Position numbers and translations under genes: made by a program
Shown: piece after piece, positions 56,246 through 64,000 of the stretch
Numbering within the stretch: the stretch's first letter is position 1
How the letters are laid out: each line of letters opens with the position of its first letter
Notes under the pieces: model-generated
Databases searched by the model: none
What the model was told of the DNA's origin: nothing
Seen by the model: the letters and a program-made list of their open reading frames with translations, nothing else
From: Chloroflexota bacterium
Lineage (GTDB): Bacteria; Chloroflexota; Dehalococcoidia; UBA2979
DNA length: 64,000 nucleotides
Assembly (NCBI GenBank): GCA_027593235.1
Contig: JAQCIU010000001.1
Coordinates: forward strand, 32,001 to 96,000
Reading direction: 5' to 3'

Positions 56246-58022
56246 GATGCGTGTGCCTCTCCGGACCATGCGGATGGGGCCGGTCCGACCCGGCGCCGTT
56301 GAGGATGTGCAGGCGAGCCGTCGAGTCGAGCCCCTTGAGCGCCGGATCGTCGTGGATGCGCTGCTCCCACAGCTCCGCGACGCGGGCCATGGTGGCGACG
56401 ACGTCCTAATCCAGCAGCCCGCTTTCCGCTTCGCGGAAGAGAATCTTCAGCGCGGCGTTGATGGAGAGGCCGGCCCGATACGGGCGGTCCGTGGTGAGGG
56501 CGTCGTAGACATCGGCGACGGCGGCGATCCGAGGGAAGACAGTCAGCTCATCGGCGGAGAGGGCGAAGGGGTAGCCGGTGCCGTTAAGTCGTTCGTGGTG
56601 CTGTCCGACGACGGCGAGGACTTCTGGCGGGAGGAAGACCGACTCGAGGATCTCGAGGCCGACGCGGGGGTGCTCCTCGATGACGCGTCGTTCCTCGGGG
56701 GTGAGCGCGCCGGGCTTGAGGAGGACGGCGTCGCGAACGCCGATCTTGCCGATGTCGTGAAGGTAGCCGCCGACCTGAAGGTGCTGGAGCTGACCTTCGG
56801 ACAACCCGAAGCCGTCGCCGAGCTCGACCGAGAGGTGGCCGACACGGACGGAGTGTCCCCGCGTGTAGGGATCGCGGGCGTCGACGGCGGAGACGAGGGC
56901 GCGGATGGTCCCAAGGTGCTGGCTCTGCAGGCGTTCGGTCATCGCATCAAAGGTGGTGGCGAGGGCGCCGATTTCGTCTCCGCTTCTGACACCGCTGCGG
57001 ACGGTGAGATCGCCGGCGGAGACGGCGTCCGCCGCGCGGACGAGGCGGCCGAGCGGGGCGGTGATGACACGGGCGAGGAAGAGCCCGATCACGAGGACGA
57101 TCAGCGTCGCGATGCCGAACAACGTCGCCATCTGGGTGCGCGTGGTCTCCCCGGCGCTGGTGACGAAGGAGGTGGGGAGGGCGACGGAGAGCGTCCCGAT
57201 CGGATTGCCGCGCACGTACATCGGCACGTACATGAACTGGTAGTCGCGACCAGAGAGGAGCTGGGTGTCGCGGAGTCCACTGCCTGCCACGGTAGCGGCG
57301 ACGGCGGGAGAGTCCTGCACCTGGTTGTCGGCATCGAGGACGAAGGTGGAGAGCAGGAGGCCGCCGTAGCTGTCGTAGAAGGTCACGTCAGCGAACGACT
57401 GCTGCTTGATCGAGGTGAGTAGCGCGCGGAGTGGGCTGGTGACCACCACGACGCCGGCGACCGTCGTCCCGTCGTAGATCGGCCCGGCGGTCACCAGCAG
57501 CGGCCCGCCGCTGGTCTGAACGACCGAGGCGAACTTGTCGCCGCGGCCGTCGCCCTGGCCGGTGAGCGCGGTTGCGGAGACCGCTGCAGTGGCCTGGGTG
57601 GCCACGTCTTCCGGGATCGCTTCGTAGGTGAGCAGGTCGGGATCGACGAGGCGTGCGGCATAGAGCACGGCACCCGACCGATCGAGGATGTAGACCGCGT
57701 CCGTGGCGCTGTTCGCGGCGATCGGCAGGACGATTCGCTCCGTGGCGGCGGGGTCGTGGCGAGCGACAGCGCGCTCAATGCCCTCGGTGAAGGAGACCGC
57801 GCGGATCACCTCGAGGTGATCGCGTTCGCGGCGAACGACGTTGTCGCCGGCGGTGCGCGCCGATTCCGCGAGCTGGTTCGCGAAGCGGACCTCGAGCGAT
57901 CCGGCAACGACGCGGGTGACGAGGTAAGTGGAGAGGCCGGCGAGGGCGAGCGCCAGCACGAGGTACGGCCCCAGGATCTTCCAGCGGATCCGCGCTCTGA
58001 TTTGTGGCCGCAGACGTCCCAT
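56235..58022 (-). CDS. Membrane sensor-HAMP-HD-GYP phosphodiesterase with in-frame TAG at 56406-56408
   Basis: 2 TM, HAMP (DEIGALATTFDAM), DPYTRGHS, HDIGK, HHERLNGTGYP, ADVYDA; frame continues 57 codons beyond the TAG. Confidence 0.85.
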
Positions 58023-58302
58023 CGAGGCTTCCCGACCTGGCCAATCCCCGTGGATGTGGCCATCTCGGTGAGATGTTCGACAGACGCCGTTGTGGAGGAA
58101 CTCGGGTGAATGCTGACTGCGGTGAGTGGCGGTTCAGATTGTCAGTATTGAGTGCGTATGAGAATCGTGATCGGGAATCGAATGACAGTGTGTTGTGTGA
58201 AACCGGGACTGCGCGCCAGGTTGAGTGACCGAGCGGTGCGCAATCGCGGAGCCGCGGGCGAACTGCGGAAGAGCCACGTGCGATGCCGACGTCGACCGAT
58301 CG

Positions 58303-59158
58303 CTACGCCTTGAGGAGGGTGCGGTTCGCCTGGATCGCGGAGCGCGCGAAGGTCTCGACGGCTTGTTGCTGCGCACTCGCATCGCCGGCCGCGACGATCT
58401 CGGCGGCCGGCAGCACGGCGCCGGTGAAGCCCTCGATGTGCCAGGCGCCGAGAGCGAGCCCGGGGAACGCGTCCGGGTTGGGGGCGGGCGCGGGGCTGCT
58501 GTAGAAGTAGGGCTCCGGGTAGTAGCCGTCGCCCGGCTCCATCCCGAGGTTCACCGAGCGCGAGCGGGCGCCGCGTTCGTTCGGGTCGATCGGCATCGTG
58601 AACGCGATGTCCATGTGGTGCGGCCAGACGTAGAGCGGTGCGGCGTGCGGCTGTTGCGCTCGGATCGCCTCGAAGACGAGTGATGCGTTGTCGTAGTACC
58701 GGCTGAGCTCGGCGAGGGCAGGGCGGTTGCCGAGATCGAACTCTTGGCCGGCGACGCAGGGGACCGGCAGCCCTCGTTCAGCGTCCGTGAGCGGGCGCGG
58801 CAGCGCGGAGGCGGTGAGATTCGACGATCTGGCGGGTGAGCCAGCGGAAGAGGGTCTCGATCGCCATACCGTCCGCGGACTGAGTGGCGATCTCGTTGCC
58901 GCTGGTGTCCAGCAGGAAGACGGTGGCGTCCGCGGGACGGATGCCGACGTGGAAGCGGACATCGGAGGGGACCTCCGCGCTGACGATGGCGTGGCGCTGG
59001 CGATCCCAGGTGAACGCGGAGTGGGTGTAGCTGCCGTCTTTCGGGTTGGGGACCAGCAGCCGCGGCACGCTGGCGACCACCTGAATCACGCAGTGAAGCT
59101 GCTCACGGGTGTGCGGGAGTTCGTCTGGCGCAAACGATCCAAGCAACTGCCAGGGCAT
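58303..59158 (-). pseudogene. DUF5996-like protein split by a frameshift near 58820
   Basis: N-half (TREQLH..Q, HSAFTWD) and C-half (WPHHMD, G.EPGD.YYPEPYFY, WH.EGFTGAVL) lie in different frames and overlap. Confidence 0.72.
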
Positions 59159-59309
59159 CGGCTCGTCCTCAAATCCCGGTGGAGCTTCTACGCTACCGCG
59201 CGGGGGTTGCGACCGTGCACGGTCGGACGTGTTTTCACTGATCCGGCGCGGCGCCGATGCGCCCCCCGCGGCATCCCACCACGGCTCGATCGATCGGAAC
59301 GAAGCAGCA

Positions 59310-60266
59310 CTAGCGCCCCGGCTCGGAGATCACAGGGTTGATGAGGCTGCCGAGGCCAGTGATCTCGACGCGGACAGTGTCGCCCGCCTTCATCCATTCC
59401 TGCGGCTCGCGCGCCTGGCCGACGCCCGAGGGCGTGCCGGTGAAGATCACGTCTCCGGGCTCCAGCGTGAACGCGGTCGACAGGTACTCAATGATCGTTG
59501 GGATATCGAAGAGCAGGTCGCTCGTCGGCGCGCTCTGCTTCTCCACGTCGTTGAGGTAGGTCTTGAGGTGCAGCGCGGAGGGGTCGGGGACCTCGTCGGC
59601 GGTGAGGATCCAGGGGCCGGTCGGGCCGTGGGTGTCCCAGCTCTTGCCCATCATCCAGGTGGCGGTGTGCCGCTGCCAGTCGCGGACAGTGACGTCGTTC
59701 CCGTTCATGTAACCAGCGACATAATCAAGGGCATCCGCCGCGGCGACGTGGCGCGCGTACTTGCCGATGACGACGCAGAACTCGCCTTCCCAGTCGAGCA
59801 TTTGGCTTTCGACGGGAGCGTGGATCGGGTCACCGACGCCGGTGATGCAACTGGAGACCTTGGTGAAGACGGTGGGGTGATCGGGCAGCTCGCGCTCCAT
59901 CTCCGCGGCGTGGGCTTTGTAGTTGATGCCGATCGCCATCACCTTGCCCGGCCGGGGGATCGGGGCGGCGAGACGCACCTCCGAGGCGGGGACGAGGCTG
60001 CCGTTTGCCACGAGTTCGTCGCGAGAGAGCGCGCCGCTGTCCAACCAGAGTCGGGTGGCCTCGATGGCGTCGAGCGCGGGCTGGCCGACGGCGAGCAGGT
60101 CGATCATCGAGGCCGGGTTGAGGGCGTCGGCCGCGAGTTCGGGGCGTTGGACGCCCTCGTCGCAGAGGCGTGCGGCGAGCGCGCGGTTGACGTCGATGAC
60201 GTCCTCATTGGCGTGGAGCACGCCGGCACGGGTGACGCCGTGACGGGTGTAGCTGACCAGACGCAT
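59310..60266 (-). CDS. Fumarylacetoacetate hydrolase family protein
   Basis: IGINYKAH, LDWEGE, NDVTVRD, GKSWDT..P.GP, PGDVIFTGTPSGVG. Confidence 0.93.
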   Translation of the reverse strand: MRLVSYTRHGVTRAGVLHANEDVIDVNRALAARLCDEGVQRPELAADALNPASMIDLLAVGQPALDAIEATRLWLDSGALSRDELVANGSLVPASEVRLAAPIPRPGKVMAIGINYKAHAAEMERELPDHPTVFTKVSSCITGVGDPIHAPVESQMLDWEGEFCVVIGKYARHVAAADALDYVAGYMNGNDVTVRDWQRHTATWMMGKSWDTHGPTGPWILTADEVPDPSALHLKTYLNDVEKQSAPTSDLLFDIPTIIEYLSTAFTLEPGDVIFTGTPSGVGQAREPQEWMKAGDTVRVEITGLGSLINPVISEPGR

Positions 60267-60432
60267 CGCATCTCCTCGTCAGGGCGTTTGCGGCGCCCGC
60301 GGCAACAAGCAGTGAGCATAACGCGGGCGGGGGGTTCTGGGTCCCGCGGGGGAGATCGATTGCCGCCCGGCTGCGGGAGGGTGCGTGCGTCCTCGGGCGG
60401 TCTGGAAGCGCGATCGCTGCGCGCGGCGACGG

Positions 60433-61086
60433 TCAGGGGCCGCCGAGGCCGGCTTCGCGCCCGCGGAGGGCGGCCTGCGCACGGTCGGCGACCTGCAGCT
60501 TGTCGAGGATCGACGTCACGTAGTTGCGCACCGTCTTCAGCGACAGGAACAGGGTGGCGGCGATTTCATCGTTGGTCTGGCCGCCGGCGATCATTTCGAG
60601 GATTTCGCGTTCGCGTGGCGTGAGTTCGGGGAAGGGCTCGGCGTTGCGCACGGGCGTGGCGAAATAGTCGGCGAGTCGGCGGGCGATCGCCGGGCTGAAG
60701 ATCGCCTCGCCACCGGCGACGGCGCGGATCGCGCGGAGCGTCTCCGCTTTGCGCGCGCCCTTGAGGAGGTAGCCACGGGCGCCGGCGCGGATCGCCGCGA
60801 AGACAGACTCATCGTCCTCGAACATCGTCACCACGAGCACGCCGACGAACGGACGGGCGGCGATGAGCTGGCGAGTGGCCTCGATGCCGTTGACGCCGGG
60901 CATGTGCAGATCCATCAGCACGACGTCCGGCGCGGTGCGCTCGGTGAGGCGCAGCGCCTCCTCGCCGTTGGCGGCCTCCCCCACGACCTCGATGTCCTCC
61001 TCGCGCGCGAGCAGGCCGCGCAGGCCGCCGCGGAACTCCGCGTGATCGTCGACGAGCAGGACGCGGATGCGATCGGGCGTGGTCAC
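60433..61086 (-). CDS. NarL/LuxR family response regulator
   Basis: VLLVDDH, DVVLMDL.MP, GYLLK, LTPREREIL HTH. Confidence 0.95.
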   Translation of the reverse strand: MTTPDRIRVLLVDDHAEFRGGLRGLLAREEDIEVVGEAANGEEALRLTERTAPDVVLMDLHMPGVNGIEATRQLIAARPFVGVLVVTMFEDDESVFAAIRAGARGYLLKGARKAETLRAIRAVAGGEAIFSPAIARRLADYFATPVRNAEPFPELTPREREILEMIAGGQTNDEIAATLFLSLKTVRNYVTSILDKLQVADRAQAALRGREAGLGGP

Positions 61087-63296
61087 GAGGTCGCTCCGAG
61101 CGGGTTCGTTGGGGTCGGCGATGCGCCGTCGCCGGCGTCCTCCGGGTCGTGCGAGGCGAGGTCGTGGAGCGGGAGGCGGACGCGGACGATCGAGCCCGCC
61201 CGGGTCGATTCAAACTCGAAGCTGCCGCCGAGTTCCTCGGTTCGTTCGCGCATGGAGTGGAGGCCGACGCCGGGGACGGCGTCGGCGGGTGCGCCGGGGC
61301 CGTCGTCGGAGACGGTGACGAGCAGTTCGGGCGAGGTGGCACCGGCGCCACCCGATCCGAAGCCGAGTGAGACAGCGCCGTCGGCGCCGGGCGCGTGGCG
61401 CGCGATGTTGGTCAGCGCCTCCTGGATGATCCGGAACGTCGCCGCTTCCACGGCGGCGGACAGCGGCGGCAGCGGCTCAGTGACCTCGAGGCGGATGCGC
61501 GTCCCCGTCGGATCGTCGCGCTCGATCACCTGGCGTAGCGCGCCGACGAGTCCGAGGTCGTCGAGCGCCGGCGGCCGCAGGCCGTACACCAACCGCCGGA
61601 TGTCGGCGACGGTGTCCTGCAGGCGATCGGCGAGATCGTCGAGCGGCCCGCGGAGCTGCGGCTGGTCCTCGGCGAGGTCGCGCGCCGTCTCCACGCGGAG
61701 CGCGAGGCCGGCGAGGCGCGGGCCGATGCCGTCGTGCAGATCGCGGCGGAGGCGGCGGCGCTCCTCCTCGCGAGCAGTCACGAGGCGCTCGCGGGACCGC
61801 TGCAGATCGTCGGTCAGGCGGAGGGAGGCGAGCGCCGGTCCTGACTGGCGGCAGAGATCTTCGATCAGTCGCCGGTCGCGCTTCGCCAGCGTACGTTCGC
61901 CGGCGCGTGGCTGGACCTCGAGGATCCCGATCGCACGACCGGCGTGGGCGATCTCGAAGCCCTCGACGGCGGCGGGTGAGGGCGTACCGCTCGCGGCGAG
62001 CAGCCGAGGCTCGCCGTCTTCCTCGAGTGAGACGGCTGCCCACGGGAGGCGGAGCGAGGCGGTAACCGTGCTGGCGATCGTTTCGGGCACGAGGTGGGGC
62101 GAGACGGTGTCACCGAGCTTGAGCCCGAGCCCCGTGAGGACGGCGTAGGGCTCGTCGCGTGAGCCGAACATCAGGCGGTTCGCGCTTGTTTGCAGGCGGC
62201 GTCGCAGCGGCTCGAAGGCGAGCACGGCGGCGACGAGGGCGATCGGGGAGGAGATCCCAAAGCCGGCGTTCAGACCTCGGTCCAATGTGACGACGACGCC
62301 GAAATAGAGCAGCAGGAGCGAGAGCGTCAGTCCCGCGTACACGAGTGCGCGGCTGATGAAGACGTCCACCTCGTAGAGACGAAAGCGGAAGATCGCGGCG
62401 GCGAAGCCGAGCGCGACGGCGAGCCCGGTCGTCAGTTCGAATCCGACGAAGAAGACGAGGGTGAAGATCGTGGCGAGCCCCGCGTTTGGCTCTGCCGCCC
62501 AGTCGTGGACGCCGAGCGCAAGATTGAGGACGACGAAGCCGGAGAGGGCGGTGACCAGGCCCAGCGTCGCCCATTTCATCTGTTGGCGAGATTCGCCGTC
62601 CGGCGTGCGTCGCCAGCGGTAGGCCTGCGCGTAGCAGGCGAGCAGCAACACGACCGGCAACAGCAAGATGTCGCCGGAGAAATCGGTGACTGATTCTGCG
62701 TTGGGTGAGACGAAGAACCACCAGCCGGTGAGCGCAACGAAGACAGCACCTGGAATAGCGGCCCAGCGTGGCCGCGCGCGGCCGTCCGGGAAGATGATGA
62801 AGAGCCAGTAGAACGAGCTGAGCCAGGTCAGCGTGACCAGCGCGGCGCCGGCTGCCAGCAGCGCGTTGGTCTCCCACATCACGGCGATGTCGGGCGGGAA
62901 CGTCGCCCCACGCCCGGCGACGAAAAACAGACCAACGACAAGCGGTGCGACCTCGTCGGAACGTCGGACGAAGAGCAGCGTCGCGAGCGCGAAGAGGATG
63001 ATCGTGACGCCGATCCAGAGGACGAATGGCCCGACCTCGAAGGCCGTTTCGGAGATGCCGAGCTGGTCGAGGCCGTGGCGGATCGTTTCGGCCGAGGGGA
63101 ACTCGACGGTATCGCCGTCGATGGTGTCGAGGGCGTCCGGGATTCCGCGCACGATGAAGAAGACGCTGAGCGCGGCGATCAGTAGCCAGTAGCCGCGCGC
63201 CAGCAGCAGGACCGGGCCGCTGAGGCGAACTGAGGTGTTGGTGACCTCGACCCACTGTCCGGCTGGGCTGTTCGCGAGCGGGATCGCTGTCTGCAC
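61083..63296 (-). CDS. Multi-TM sensor histidine kinase (HisKA_3)
   Basis: EERRRLRRDLHDGIG, QEALTN, DDGPG, GVGL; GTGA overlap with the regulator. Confidence 0.93.
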   Translation of the reverse strand: MQTAIPLANSPAGQWVEVTNTSVRLSGPVLLLARGYWLLIAALSVFFIVRGIPDALDTIDGDTVEFPSAETIRHGLDQLGISETAFEVGPFVLWIGVTIILFALATLLFVRRSDEVAPLVVGLFFVAGRGATFPPDIAVMWETNALLAAGAALVTLTWLSSFYWLFIIFPDGRARPRWAAIPGAVFVALTGWWFFVSPNAESVTDFSGDILLLPVVLLLACYAQAYRWRRTPDGESRQQMKWATLGLVTALSGFVVLNLALGVHDWAAEPNAGLATIFTLVFFVGFELTTGLAVALGFAAAIFRFRLYEVDVFISRALVYAGLTLSLLLLYFGVVVTLDRGLNAGFGISSPIALVAAVLAFEPLRRRLQTSANRLMFGSRDEPYAVLTGLGLKLGDTVSPHLVPETIASTVTASLRLPWAAVSLEEDGEPRLLAASGTPSPAAVEGFEIAHAGRAIGILEVQPRAGERTLAKRDRRLIEDLCRQSGPALASLRLTDDLQRSRERLVTAREEERRRLRRDLHDGIGPRLAGLALRVETARDLAEDQPQLRGPLDDLADRLQDTVADIRRLVYGLRPPALDDLGLVGALRQVIERDDPTGTRIRLEVTEPLPPLSAAVEAATFRIIQEALTNIARHAPGADGAVSLGFGSGGAGATSPELLVTVSDDGPGAPADAVPGVGLHSMRERTEELGGSFEFESTRAGSIVRVRLPLHDLASHDPEDAGDGASPTPTNPLGATS

Positions 63297-63391
63297 CTGT
63301 TGGTCCTCGCGCCCCGCCGGGGCTGGTCCGGCGGGGCTGGTTTGGCGAATCAGCCCCCGTGGTGTGGGGCGTCAGTCTATTTCAGGACGGC

Positions 63392-63769
63392 TTATCGGAG
63401 GGCGCTCCACACCGCGCGGTGGCGGGTCAGCACGATCGCCGGCACGCCGGTCAGCACCCCGAGGGCGGCGGCGGCGACCAACCAGCCGCTGGGCTGTTCG
63501 AGGAAGGCGGGAATCGCGGTGAGCACGTCGAGCGCGGTGAGGATGATGACGAGCCAGCCACCCCACTTGCGGCCCTGCCAGATCGCCCAGACGCCAACCA
63601 GCACGAGCGCGGCGATCGCCATCGTGATCACCACGGCGGCGGCGGGGATTTCGTCCGAGCCGGGGAGCAGGAGAGCGAAGGGGGCGAGCAGGCTCCGAAG
63701 CAGCAACAGGCCCGTCGCTGCCAGCAGGTAGGGGTGGCGACCGATCCGGGTGATTGACGTTGCAGTCAC
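63392..63769 (-). CDS. Small four-TM membrane protein
   Basis: hydrophobic 125 aa ORF, GGAG RBS before GTG. Confidence 0.7.
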   Translation of the reverse strand: MTATSITRIGRHPYLLAATGLLLLRSLLAPFALLLPGSDEIPAAAVVITMAIAALVLVGVWAIWQGRKWGGWLVIILTALDVLTAIPAFLEQPSGWLVAAAALGVLTGVPAIVLTRHRAVWSALR

Positions 63770-63891
63770 GATGTTCTCCGTTCGTTGATGGATGCGCCGT
63801 CACTGTTTCGACGACACCGCAAACGTAGCGAGCGAGCGAGCCCGGTTTCGTCGGACGGCGTCCCGTGTTTCCGGGAATCTCGCCCGAGCGT

Positions 63892-63932
63892 GGGCCTTGG
63901 TGCGGGCCTTGGTCCGGGCCTTGGTGCGGGCC
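63892..63932. repeat. 12-bp tandem repeat x3.4
   Basis: GGGCCTTGGT(G/C)C repeated. Confidence 0.8.
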
Positions 63933-64000
63933 GCCAGCGATCGCGGGCGACCCACACCAATGGCGCCACGTCGCTCAGTTCGCCGTGAACTCGGCCGACA

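Overview
Very GC-rich bacterial chromosomal window (about 70% GC by eye). The gene mix (family III CoA-transferases, crotonase, DinB proteins, Pro/Thr-linker lipoproteins, leaderless genes) suggests Chloroflexota/Dehalococcoidia or an actinobacterium; this taxonomy is inference only. About 55 CDS, mostly metabolic or accessory: five GNATs, APH kinase, serine hydrolase, Zn-ADH, a Hen1-Pnkp RNA repair operon, a peptide ABC transporter lacking its ATPases, a CoA-transferase/carboxyltransferase cluster, acnA, ino1, TetR plus truncated MMPL, pepN, glnII, YyaL, dat, an HD-GYP protein and a NarL-type two-component system. No rRNA, tRNA, CRISPR, integrase or transposase was seen. Top candidate for a new system: myo-inositol-1-phosphate synthase fused to an N-terminal phage Cro-like HTH, with an AT-rich palindrome inside its own promoter (possible self-repressing enzyme). 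Also notable: in-frame TAG codons in pnkp and in the HD-GYP gene, a frameshifted DUF5996-like gene, a GNAT cassette flanked by 40-bp direct repeats of the acnA 3' end, a REP-like family of CTTCG-loop hairpins abutting stop codons, a TetR operator array, a triplicated terminator, and a GlnR-box-like site before glnII. Family assignments are from motif recognition, not database searches.
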